Below, piece after piece: positions 47,010 to 56,189 of a DNA stretch of 64,000 nucleotides; position 1 is the stretch's first letter, and each line of letters starts with the position of its first letter. A program made the position numbers and the translations under genes. The notes beneath the pieces are model-generated. The model did no database searches and was not told the origin of the DNA. It was given only the letters and a program-made list of their open reading frames with translations. The stretch covers positions 640,001 to 704,000 of the forward strand of contig OY970192.1 in the NCBI GenBank assembly GCA_963708135.1. The letters run 5' to 3'. The DNA is from an uncultured Gemmatimonadales bacterium (lineage in GTDB: Bacteria; Gemmatimonadota; Gemmatimonadetes; Longimicrobiales; RSA9).

Positions 47010-47100
47010 GGGTGTGGGTCGGGGTGCGCGTGGGGGTGGGGGCACCGCGGGGGCAGGGCGGGTGAGGGCACCGCGGGGGCGGGGCGCGTGAACGGGGAGG
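47010..47100. repeat. G-rich tract with 15-bp direct repeat
   Basis: GGGCACCGCGGGGGC at 47040-47054 and 47066-47080 in a divergent intergenic region. Confidence 0.7.
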
Positions 47101-47200
47101 CGTGATTGCCGGGCGCGGGGTGGGCTCGGTACCTTGGTCGGGCATGGCGATTGCGCCCGTCGGCGCCGATCTCGACTCCGGAAGAGAGGCCGGACCCGCA

Positions 47201-49708
47201 ATGAAAGGCGTCATCATGGCCGGCGGCTTCGGGACGCGCCTGAAGCCGCTCACCATCAATCGCCCCAAGCCGATGGTGCCGGTGGCGAACCGGCCGATCA
47301 TGGAGCACATCGTGACGCTGCTCAAGCGCCACGGGGTCACTGACCTGATCTCGATCCTGTACTTCCAGCCCGAGCACATCACCAACTATTTCGGCGACGG
47401 CTCCGCGTTCGGGGTGCGGATGGAGTACGTGACGGCGGACGCGGACTACGGCACGGCGGGGGCGGTGCGGAACGCCGCCGGCCGGATCGGGGAGGAGCGC
47501 GTGCTCGTGATCAGCGGGGACGTGCTGACGGACTTCGACCTCTCGGCGGCGGTGGCGGAGCACGAGATGCGGGGGGCGGAGGCCACGATCGCGCTGACGT
47601 CGGTCGAGAACCCGCTGGCGTTCGGCATCGTGATCACCGATCACGAGACGGGGCGGATCGAGCGCTTCCTGGAGAAGCCGACGTGGGGGCAGGTGTTCAG
47701 CGACACCATCAACACCGGGATCTACATCCTCGAGCCGTCGGCGCTCGCGCGCGTGCCGGAGCGCACGGCCTTCGACTTCTCGAAGGACCTGTTTCCGCAG
47801 ATGCTGCGGGAGGAGGCCGGGCTGTTCGGCCACGTGGCGGAGGGCTACTGGCGGGACGTGGGCAACCTGGACGAGTACCGGCGGGCGCACGAGGACGTGC
47901 TGGCGGGGCGGGTGAAGCTGGAGCTTGGCGGCCAGCGGCGCGAGGTGGAGGGCGGAGTGCTGTGGGGGGAGGCGGGCGCGGCGCTCGGCCAGGACGTGCG
48001 GCTCTCGGGCACGGTGCTGCTCGGTCGCAACGTGCGGGTGGGCCAGGGGGCGATGCTGGATAACGTGGTGCTCGGCCACGGCTCGGATGTCGGCGAGGGC
48101 GCGCAGCTGCGCAAGGTCGTGCTGTGGGAGGGCTGCCGGATCGGCGCGGGCGCGCGGCTGAGCGAGACGGTGTGCGCGGGGGAGGTGCGGGTGGGGCGCG
48201 GCGCGCTGGTGCGGGAGAACACGATCCTCTCGGACCGGGCGGAGGTGGGTCCCCAGGCGGTGGTGGGCCCGAACGTCAAGGTCTGGCCGGACAAGGTGGT
48301 CGAGGAGCGGGCGGTGCTCACGCACTCGCTGATCTGGGGCGAGGCGTGGGAGCGCTCGCTGTTCCACGGCGCGCGCGTGAGCGGCGTGGCCAACGCGGAG
48401 CTCACGCCGGAGATCGCGGCGCGGCTGGCGGCGGCGTACGGCGCGATGCTGGGCGCCGGCTCCTACGTGGCGACGTCGCGCGACTCCGACCGTGCATCGC
48501 GGATGATCAACCGCGCGCTGATGACCGGCTTCATGTCCGTGGGCGTGAACGTGGAAGACCTGCGGCAGATGCCGATCCCGGTGGTGCGGCACGCCGTGCA
48601 CCACGGCCGCGAGGCCGGCGGCATCCACGTGCGCCGCTCCCCCTTCGACCAGCGCGTCGTGGACGTGCTGTTCTTCGACGCCGACGGGCGGGACCTGCCG
48701 CCGGGGAAGACACAGTCGATCGAGCGGCTGTTCGGGCGCGAGGATTTCCCGCGCGCGGGGCCCGACGGCGCGGGCGACCTGAACTTTCCGACCCGGGTGG
48801 TGGAGGGTTACCACGAGCACTTCCTCTCCGAGCTCGACCGCGCGCTCATCGCCGAGCGGCGCTTCACGCTGGTCGTGGACTTCGCCTACGGCACGACCGT
48901 CGAGGTCTTTCCGGGGATCCTCGGCTCGCTCCGCACCGAGACCGTGAGCCTGGACGCGTACGCGGCGCCGGGTCGGCTCTCGCGCAGCGAGGAGGAGTTC
49001 CACGACGGGCTCGGGCGGCTGGGCGGGATCGTGCGCTCGATCGACGCCGACATGGGGTTGTGGATCGATCCGGGCGGCGAGGTCATCTACCTGGTGGACG
49101 ACACGGGCCGCCCGCTCTCGCCGGAGCTGACGCAGGCCGTCTACGTCGGGCTGGCGCTGGACTACCTCGACTTCAACCGCGTCGCGATCCCGGTGACGAG
49201 CCCCACGATCACGGCCGACGCTGTGCGCCAGCGCGGCGCGGAGGTGCACTGGACCAAGACGGAGCACCACGCGATGATGGCCTCGGCCACGGAGGCGGAC
49301 CTCGTGGTCGGCGTGCGTGGGGAGTTCATCTTCCCCCGCTTCATCCCCGCCTACGACGGCATGTTCGCGGCCGCCATGCTGCTCGAGGCGCTGGCGCGCT
49401 CGGGCCGTCGGCTGAGCGAGGCCGCGGGCGCCTATCCCGCGATCCACATGGGCACCCGTCGCATCGCCTGCCCGTGGGGGCGCAAGGGCGCCGTCATGCG
49501 CAGGCTCATCGAGGAGACGGAGCATGCCGAGCGGCAGCTCGTCGATGGCGTGAAGGTGTGGCGCGGCGCGCGCGAGTGGGTGCTCGTGATCCCGCATTCG
49601 GACAAGCCGACGTTCGTCGTCACCGCGGAGGCGGAGTCCCCGGAGCGCACCGAGGCGCTGCTCGGGGAGTACGCCCAGCTCGTGGAGAGATGGCGCGATG
49701 AGGCCTGA
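47201..49708 (+). CDS. Mannose-1-phosphate guanylyltransferase-like protein (NTP transferase + LbH + degenerate phosphomannomutase)
   Basis: MAGGFGTRLKPLT...PKP, GTAG, SGD, EKP, WRDVG; hexapeptide repeats; PMM-like C-terminal half. Confidence 0.9.
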   Translation: MKGVIMAGGFGTRLKPLTINRPKPMVPVANRPIMEHIVTLLKRHGVTDLISILYFQPEHITNYFGDGSAFGVRMEYVTADADYGTAGAVRNAAGRIGEERVLVISGDVLTDFDLSAAVAEHEMRGAEATIALTSVENPLAFGIVITDHETGRIERFLEKPTWGQVFSDTINTGIYILEPSALARVPERTAFDFSKDLFPQMLREEAGLFGHVAEGYWRDVGNLDEYRRAHEDVLAGRVKLELGGQRREVEGGVLWGEAGAALGQDVRLSGTVLLGRNVRVGQGAMLDNVVLGHGSDVGEGAQLRKVVLWEGCRIGAGARLSETVCAGEVRVGRGALVRENTILSDRAEVGPQAVVGPNVKVWPDKVVEERAVLTHSLIWGEAWERSLFHGARVSGVANAELTPEIAARLAAAYGAMLGAGSYVATSRDSDRASRMINRALMTGFMSVGVNVEDLRQMPIPVVRHAVHHGREAGGIHVRRSPFDQRVVDVLFFDADGRDLPPGKTQSIERLFGREDFPRAGPDGAGDLNFPTRVVEGYHEHFLSELDRALIAERRFTLVVDFAYGTTVEVFPGILGSLRTETVSLDAYAAPGRLSRSEEEFHDGLGRLGGIVRSIDADMGLWIDPGGEVIYLVDDTGRPLSPELTQAVYVGLALDYLDFNRVAIPVTSPTITADAVRQRGAEVHWTKTEHHAMMASATEADLVVGVRGEFIFPRFIPAYDGMFAAAMLLEALARSGRRLSEAAGAYPAIHMGTRRIACPWGRKGAVMRRLIEETEHAERQLVDGVKVWRGAREWVLVIPHSDKPTFVVTAEAESPERTEALLGEYAQLVERWRDEA

Positions 49709-50870
49709 TTCCCCGCAGGCGACGCCGCCCGGATCCTCGACCCGTGCCGTTCACGCGGGCGGCGCCACGCCGGCCGCCGGCGCACCGGTGGTCACGCCAC
49801 TCGTGCAGTCGGCCACGTTCTTCACGGATCCCGAGCCGGCCGGCGAGGTGCTCTACACCCGCTACGGCCGCAACCCGAACCATATCGTCGTCGGCGAGAA
49901 GCTGGCGGCGCTGGAGGGCGCCGAGGCGGGGCTCGTGCTGGGCAGCGGGATGGCGGCCACGGCCATGTCGCTCCTGGCGTTCCTCTCGGCGGGCGACCAC
50001 ATCGTGGCGCAGGCGAGCCTCTACGGCGGCACGTTGCACCTTTTGAGGTCCGATCTCCCGCCGCTCGGGATCGAGACGACGTTCGTGGGCGAAGGCGAAA
50101 GCTGGGAGGCGGCGCTGCGGCCGAACACGCGCGTGCTGTTCGCGGAGGTGCCGGTGAACCCCACGTTGCGGGTGCCGGACCTGCGGCCGATCGGCGCGCT
50201 CGCGCGGGCGCGCGGGCTGCCGCTCCTGGTGGATGCAACTTTCGCGACGCCGGTCAACTTCCGGCCGCTCGAGCACGGCGCCACGCTCGTCATCCACAGC
50301 GCGACCAAGTACCTGGGCGGGCACTCGGACCTCATCGCTGGCATGGTGGCTGGCACGGCGGCGGACATGGAGCGCGTGCGCTCGAAGATGAAGAGCTTCG
50401 GGGCGGTGCTCGATCCCCACGCCACCTGGCTGCTCGAGCGCGGCATGAAGACGCTGGCCGTGCGGGTGGAGCGGCAGAACGAGACGGCGCTCGCGCTCGC
50501 CCGGCGGCTCGCGGAGCACGCGGCGGTGGAGACGGTGCTCTACCCGGGGCTGCCCTCGCATCCCGACCACGCGCTCGCCCGCGAGCTGTTCCGCGGCTTC
50601 GGCGGGATGCTCAGCCTGGTGGTGCGCGGTGGCGACGAGGCCGCGCTGCGCGTGTGCGGGCGGCTGCGGCTGCTGTGCGTGGCGCCGAGCCTGGGGGGGG
50701 TGGAGACGCTCGTCTCCATGCCCCGCTTCACCTCGCACGCCTCGCTCGCGCCCGCGGAGCGGCACGCGCTCGGGATCGATGATGGCTTCATCCGCCTCTC
50801 GATCGGGATCGAGGACGCGGCGGACCTCGCCGCGGACCTCGAGCAGGCCCTGGACGCGGAGGCATCGTGA
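49698..50870 (+). CDS. Cys/Met metabolism PLP enzyme (cystathionine gamma-synthase/lyase family)
   Basis: YTRYG.NP, SGMAA, YGGT, HSATKYLGGHSD, SLGGVETL, IRLSIGIE. Confidence 0.93.
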   Translation: MRPDSPQATPPGSSTRAVHAGGATPAAGAPVVTPLVQSATFFTDPEPAGEVLYTRYGRNPNHIVVGEKLAALEGAEAGLVLGSGMAATAMSLLAFLSAGDHIVAQASLYGGTLHLLRSDLPPLGIETTFVGEGESWEAALRPNTRVLFAEVPVNPTLRVPDLRPIGALARARGLPLLVDATFATPVNFRPLEHGATLVIHSATKYLGGHSDLIAGMVAGTAADMERVRSKMKSFGAVLDPHATWLLERGMKTLAVRVERQNETALALARRLAEHAAVETVLYPGLPSHPDHALARELFRGFGGMLSLVVRGGDEAALRVCGRLRLLCVAPSLGGVETLVSMPRFTSHASLAPAERHALGIDDGFIRLSIGIEDAADLAADLEQALDAEAS

Positions 50871-51994
50871 GCGATGAGCTCCAGCCGTCGGACCGGCGCA
50901 GGACCGACCGCCGCGCGGACTGGGTGCCCCTCGCCGAGTACACCGTGCCGGAGCTCCGCAAGGCCGCCGTCACGATCTTCCTGCTGCTGCTGATCCTCGG
51001 CCTCTTCCTCTACATGGTGCGCAAGATCCTCGTGCCCGGCGTGGCGGGGGTGGTCCTGGGCGTCTACACGATCCCGCTCCAGCGCATGCTGCAGCGGCGA
51101 TTTCCGCGGCGGCGCGCGAGCTCGATCGTCACCATCGTCCTGGTGACCGTGCCGCTCGTGGCCCTCGTCGCGTACAGCTGGATCGAGATCACGGGCGCGG
51201 CCAACTACCTGAACCAGCACCAGAGGGAGGTCGCGCACGGCCTCGCGATCGGCCTGCACCGGCTGCCGTTCACGCAGGGGCTCAGGATCGAGCAGGACCT
51301 CTCGGCGCTGGTCGGGCGCGCTGCCTCCAAGGCCGGCAACGTCGCGGACGCGCTGACGGACGCGATCAACATCATCGTCCTCTCCATCGCCGTGGTGCTG
51401 TTCACCTTCTACTACATCCTCACCGACCACGAGCGGATCCTGGCCTACCTCGCCCGCAAGGTGCCCGGCCGCTACCGCGAGCTGACGGACGAGATGAGCA
51501 GCAACATCCGCGCGGTCGTCTACGGCGCCCTCTACGGCACGTTCCTGACCCAGGCATTGAAGTCGGTCGTGCTGCTGGTGCTGAACGTGGGCTTCGACAT
51601 CCCGCTCGCCGTGGTGCTGGCCATCGCCTCGTTCTTCATCGGGCTCTTCCCGATCGTCGGCTCGTGGGCCATCTACGTGCCCGTCTCGATCTACCTCGTC
51701 CTCTGGCGCGGCAACGTCATCGAGGGCGTGATCGTGCTCGTCGTCGGCTTCGGCTTCAACACGCTGTTCCTGTCCACCTACCTGCGACCCAAGATCGCGG
51801 CCGAGAAGTCCCAGGTGCTGAACTTCTACTGGATGCTCATCGCGCTGATCACGGGCGTCTACACGTTCGGGCTCGTGGGCATCATCATCGGCCCCGTGCT
51901 GATCGCGGTGCTCAAGGCGATCTTCGACACGATCACGGGCGGCGCCGCGCAGCCGGTGCTGGGGGCGAGGGTGGGGGACAGGGGAGGAATGTGA
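50867..51994 (+). CDS. AI-2E family transporter
   Basis: Multiple TMs; FPIVGS, YLRPK, FGLVGIIIGPV. Confidence 0.88.
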   Translation: MSDELQPSDRRRTDRRADWVPLAEYTVPELRKAAVTIFLLLLILGLFLYMVRKILVPGVAGVVLGVYTIPLQRMLQRRFPRRRASSIVTIVLVTVPLVALVAYSWIEITGAANYLNQHQREVAHGLAIGLHRLPFTQGLRIEQDLSALVGRAASKAGNVADALTDAINIIVLSIAVVLFTFYYILTDHERILAYLARKVPGRYRELTDEMSSNIRAVVYGALYGTFLTQALKSVVLLVLNVGFDIPLAVVLAIASFFIGLFPIVGSWAIYVPVSIYLVLWRGNVIEGVIVLVVGFGFNTLFLSTYLRPKIAAEKSQVLNFYWMLIALITGVYTFGLVGIIIGPVLIAVLKAIFDTITGGAAQPVLGARVGDRGGM

Positions 51995-52329
51995 GAGTGG
52001 GGGAGCGGGGGAGTGGGGGAGTGGGGGAGTGGGCGACGATTCCGGGGGGCGAGAGTGCCGGGGTGATCCGGCCGCCGGGATGCGGGATGCGGGATGCGAT
52101 CTGCCCGCCGGGATGCGGGACGCGGGATGCGGGACGCGATCCGGCCGCCGGAATGCGGGACGCGGGACGCGGTATGCGAGGACGCGGGATGCGGGATGCG
52201 GGACGGCGAGGGCGGTCGTGCCGCGGCGTGCGCCGGAGGCGGTGGTGCCCCACGCCGCGAGCCCGGCGGTCGCGACGAGCATCACCCACTCCGCCTCGCC
52301 CCCACTCCCCCACTCTGAAGATGGAACGC
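51992..52329 (+). repeat. Palindromic intergenic element, copy 1 (REP/MITE-like)
   Basis: Left (GAGTGGGG)n and right (CCCCACTC)n inverted arms; internal GCGGGA(T/C) 7-mer array; ends shared with copy 2. Confidence 0.85.
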
Positions 52330-52401
52330 ACCTCGGGGCTCGGGGCGACGGCCGGGGTGCTCGAGGGCATTCTGCGACTGGAGGGGAGATGGAGCTGACG
52401 G

Positions 52402-54729
52402 GTGCGTAGGCGGACGGGGGTGCTGCTGGCGGTCGCGGTGCTGCTGCTCGCGGCGGGGATCGCGGGGGCCTGGTACGTGGGGAGCGCGTCTCCGCGCGAG
52501 CGTGGGCGAGTGGCGGTCCCGGGCCTCGAGGCGGCGGTCCAGGTCTGGCGCGACTCGCTGGGCGTGCCGCACCTGTGGGCAGCCTCGGAGCACGACCTGC
52601 TTTTCGCGCAGGGCTATGTCCACGCGCAGGACCGGCTCTGGCAGATGGCGCTCTTCCGCCGCGTGGCGGAGGGCCGGCTGTCGGAGCTCTTCGGCGCCCG
52701 CACCCTCTCGAGCGATCGGTTCCTGCGGACGATCGGCCTCGAGCGCGAGGCCGGCTCCCTCGACGGCGCGGACCGCCGGCGGGTCGAGGCGTACGTGGCG
52801 GGCGTGAACGCGTTCCTGGCCGGGCACACGGGCGCCTGGCCGCCGGAGTTCGTCGTCCTCGGCGTGCGCCCCGCGCCCTGGCGCGTGCAGGACGTCCTCG
52901 CCATCGAGAAGGTCATGGCGTGGGACCTGTCGTCCTACCGCACGGGCGTCGCGCTCGAGCGGGCCGTGCGGCGCCTGGGCGAGGAGAAGGCGCGCTTCCT
53001 GTTGCCGGAGTATCCCGCCTGGGGGCCGACCATCCTGGAGGCGCCCGCGCCGCCCGCGGTGCCGCCCGTGGCCGCGGCGCTCCTCGGGGCCGTGAGCGCT
53101 GTGCACGCCTCGAACGGATGGGTGGTCGCCGGCTCGCGCACGCGCTCGGGCAAGCCGATCCTGGCCAACGACATGCACCTCGAGCTGCGCGCGCCCAGCC
53201 TGTGGTACCTCATGGCGCTGCACGGCGGCGGCTTCGACGTGGCCGGCATGACGCTGCCGGGCGCGCCGTTCGTCGTGGCCGGCCACAACCGCGCCGTGGC
53301 GTGGGGCTTCACCAACGCCATGCTCGACGACGTGGACCTCTTCATCGAGCGCCCCGATCCGGCCGACAGCACCCGCTACCTCGTCCCCGGCGGCAGCGAG
53401 CCGTACACGGTGGCGGCGGAGACGCTGCGCGTGAAAGGGCGGGACGAGGGCGTCGTCATGCGCGTGCGGAGCACCCGCCACGGACCGCTCCTCGAGGACG
53501 TGGAGCCCGGCGCGCGCGGCGAGCGGCTCGCGTTCCGCTGGGCCGCCGAGGACCCGGCGCGGACCTGGCGGGCGATCCCCGCGCTCGACCGTGCGACGGA
53601 CTGGGCCGGCTTCCTCGCCGCCGTCCGTGACTTCACGGACCCGCACCAGAACGTCGTCTACGCGGACACCGCCGGCCACATCGGCTACGTCATGGCCGGC
53701 CGGGTGCCGCTCCGGGGAGTGCGCGCTGGCGGCAGCTGGAGGGATGCGCGCCGGCCGCCGCTCCTGCCGGTGCCGGGGTGGACGGGAGAATGGGACTGGA
53801 CCGGCTGGCTTCCCTTCGAGGACCACCCGCGCACGCTCGACCCGCCCGACGGCTATGTCGTGACCGCCAACAACAGGCAGGCCGCAGGCGACGTCGCCGC
53901 GCTCGTCACCGGCGAATGGGAGGCGCCGTACCGCGCCGCCCGCATCCGGCAGATGATCCGCGAGGCGAGCCGCCCGCTCGATGCCGCGGACGTGCTCGGC
54001 ATGCAGCTCGACGTGAAGGACCTCCGCGCCGCGCGCTACCTCGACCGCGCCGTGGCCGCGGCGGAGGACGCGGCCCTCCCCGCGGATGCGGCCGCGCTGC
54101 GCGCGTGGGACGCCGAGGCGAAGGCGGACTCGCGGCCGGCCGCGCTCTTCTACGTCTGGGCCGACCGGCTGGCCCACGGCATCGCCGGGGCGCTCTACGG
54201 GCCGGGCGGCGGCTGGCTGCCGCGCGCCGCCGTGGACCGCGCGCTCGAGGCGCGCACGCTGCCCTGGCCCGGCTCCGGCGGCGACGCCGCGTTCCGGCGG
54301 CTCGCGGCGCGCGCGATGGTCGAGGCGGACAGCATCGCGCAGGGGCGGACCTGGGGCGAGCTCGACCGCGTCGTCATCGAGCACCCGCTCGGCGCCGTGG
54401 GCGCGCTCCAGCGCGTCTTCCACTTCTCGCTCGGCCCCGCGCCGCGCGGCGGCTCCTCCACCACCGTCAACATCTCGCACTACGCCGCCGGCCGCTTCCC
54501 GACGCGCACCACCGCCGGCCCGAGCGAGCGACACGTCGTGGACATGGCCGACCCGGATGGCGCCGGCGGCTTCATCCTGCCCACGGGCGAGTCGGGGCTC
54601 CCGCTGGACCGGCACTACCGCGACCAGTTCGAGGCGTGGCGCACGGGCGGGCTCTGGCGCATCCCGCTCGGGCGGGCGGCCGCGGAGCGGCGGGCGGTGG
54701 ACAGGCTGGTGCTGGCGCCGGGGGGTTGA
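52402..54729 (+). CDS. Penicillin acylase family Ntn hydrolase
   Basis: N-terminal TM; RDSLGVPH, AQGYVHAQDRLWQM, nucleophile SNGWVV, ANDMHL, QNVVYAD, TANN. Confidence 0.93.
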   Translation: MRRRTGVLLAVAVLLLAAGIAGAWYVGSASPRERGRVAVPGLEAAVQVWRDSLGVPHLWAASEHDLLFAQGYVHAQDRLWQMALFRRVAEGRLSELFGARTLSSDRFLRTIGLEREAGSLDGADRRRVEAYVAGVNAFLAGHTGAWPPEFVVLGVRPAPWRVQDVLAIEKVMAWDLSSYRTGVALERAVRRLGEEKARFLLPEYPAWGPTILEAPAPPAVPPVAAALLGAVSAVHASNGWVVAGSRTRSGKPILANDMHLELRAPSLWYLMALHGGGFDVAGMTLPGAPFVVAGHNRAVAWGFTNAMLDDVDLFIERPDPADSTRYLVPGGSEPYTVAAETLRVKGRDEGVVMRVRSTRHGPLLEDVEPGARGERLAFRWAAEDPARTWRAIPALDRATDWAGFLAAVRDFTDPHQNVVYADTAGHIGYVMAGRVPLRGVRAGGSWRDARRPPLLPVPGWTGEWDWTGWLPFEDHPRTLDPPDGYVVTANNRQAAGDVAALVTGEWEAPYRAARIRQMIREASRPLDAADVLGMQLDVKDLRAARYLDRAVAAAEDAALPADAAALRAWDAEAKADSRPAALFYVWADRLAHGIAGALYGPGGGWLPRAAVDRALEARTLPWPGSGGDAAFRRLAARAMVEADSIAQGRTWGELDRVVIEHPLGAVGALQRVFHFSLGPAPRGGSSTTVNISHYAAGRFPTRTTAGPSERHVVDMADPDGAGGFILPTGESGLPLDRHYRDQFEAWRTGGLWRIPLGRAAAERRAVDRLVLAPGG

Positions 54730-54988
54730 GAGTGGGGGAGTGGGGGAGTGGGCGACGATTCCGGGGGGCGAGAGTGCCGGGGTGATCCGGCTGCCGGGGT
54801 GCGGGATGCGGGACGCGATCCGGCCGCCGGGCGCCGGGATGCCGGGTGCGGGATGCGATGCGGGGGCGCGTGGGGGCGACGCGTCGCGCGAAGCGCGGTG
54901 GGGGGCACCGCACGCCGCGAGCCGTCGGTCGCGACGAGCATCACCCACTCTCCCACTCCCACGCTCTCCCACTCTGAAGATGGAACGC
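54727..54988 (+). repeat. Palindromic intergenic element, copy 2
   Basis: Same start TGAGAGTGGGGGAG...GGGCGACGATTCCGGGGGGCGAGAGTGCCGGGGTGATCCGG and end GGTCGCGACGAGCATCACCCACTC...CCCACTCTGAAGATGGAACGC. Confidence 0.85.
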
Positions 54989-55053
54989 GCCCCGGGGCGT
55001 CGGGGTTCGGGATCGGTCGGGCGGGGGGAAGCGTGGATCCAGGACGAGGTGAG

Positions 55054-56043
55054 ATGACGGAGCCATTGATCGATATCGCGGTGGTGGGGGCGGGACCGTG
55101 CGGGCTCGGCGTCGGCGTGGCCGCGCGGCAGGCCGGCCTCTCGTGCGTGCTCTTCGACCGGGCGGAGGTGACCTCCGCGATCGGGCGCTACCCGACCCAC
55201 ATGACGTTCTTCAGCACGTCCGAGAAGCTCGAGCTGGGGGGCGTGCCCTTCATCGTGGCGGGCGACAAGCCGACGCGCCGGGATGCGTTGCGCTACTACC
55301 GGCGCGTGGCGGACGTGTTCGAGCTGGACGTGCACCAGTACGAGGAGGTCACCGAGGCCGCGCGCGAAGGCGACGTCTTCCGCCTGCGCACCCGGCGCGC
55401 CGATGGCGACACGGCGGTCTACGCCGCGCGCGCCCTCGTCGTCGCCACCGGCTACCTCGACACGCCCCGCCTCATGGAGATCCCGGGCGAGGAGCTGCCG
55501 AAGGTGCTGCACTACTACAAGGAGGGACACCCGTTCTTCCACCAGCGGTGCGCGGTGGTCGGTGCCGGCAACTCGAGCGTGGACGTCGCCCTCGACCTGC
55601 ACCGCTGGGGCGCGGACGTGACGCTCATCCATTTCGCGGACGAGCTCGATCCCGGCGTCAAGCCGTGGATCCTGCCCGACATCACGAACCGGCTGAAGAA
55701 CGGCGACATCGGCGTGCGCTGGAGCACCCGTGTGGTCGAGGTGCGGCCGGACACGCTGCTGCTCCGCCACGAGCAGTCGGGCGAGGTCGAGGAGCTCGAC
55801 AACGACTGGCTCTTCGCCATGACCGGCTACATCCCCGATCCGACGCTGCTCCTCTCGCTGGGCGCCTCGATCAATCCCCTGACCGGCATCCCGCACCACG
55901 ATCCCGCGACGATGGAGACCGACGCGCCCGGCGTCTTCATCGCCGGTGTCATCGCCGCCGGCTACGACGCCAACAAGATCTTCATCGAGAACGGCCGGCA
56001 TCATGGGCCGGCCATCGTGGAGGCGCTGAGGGCGCCGCGCTAG
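55054..56043 (+). CDS. ypdA: YpdA-family putative bacillithiol disulfide reductase
   Basis: GAGPCG, YPTHMTFFST, KPTR..ALRYY, VKPWI, AMTGY, IFIENGRHHG. Confidence 0.9.
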   Translation: MTEPLIDIAVVGAGPCGLGVGVAARQAGLSCVLFDRAEVTSAIGRYPTHMTFFSTSEKLELGGVPFIVAGDKPTRRDALRYYRRVADVFELDVHQYEEVTEAAREGDVFRLRTRRADGDTAVYAARALVVATGYLDTPRLMEIPGEELPKVLHYYKEGHPFFHQRCAVVGAGNSSVDVALDLHRWGADVTLIHFADELDPGVKPWILPDITNRLKNGDIGVRWSTRVVEVRPDTLLLRHEQSGEVEELDNDWLFAMTGYIPDPTLLLSLGASINPLTGIPHHDPATMETDAPGVFIAGVIAAGYDANKIFIENGRHHGPAIVEALRAPR

Positions 56044-56128
56044 GCCGCGCTCGCCGGCGCCTCGCCCGCCTTTTCGCGCGCGACCGGCTCGCCGGCGTGC
56101 CTCGTTCACGGGCGCGGTCGGCCGTCGG

Positions 56129-56157
56129 TTGCCCACGTCTGCCACCCGGCATAGAAT
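56129..56157 (+). promoter_or_regulatory. Putative pruA promoter
   Basis: TTGCCC-17 nt-TAGAAT. Confidence 0.6.
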
Positions 56158-56189
56158 CCGGCGGAGCATTCCCGAGGAGGAGGCGAATC

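Noticed and set aside
46046..49597. 1183-aa minus-strand ORF and other long antisense ORFs (5212-8340, 31034-34708, 37492-40050, 52282-56169)
   Set aside because: Shadow frames of real genes in high-GC DNA; only 46046-46918 looks like a genuine protein
52075..52205. Possible CRISPR array in the repeat region
   Set aside because: Units are 7-8 bp with no unique spacers of constant length and no cas genes
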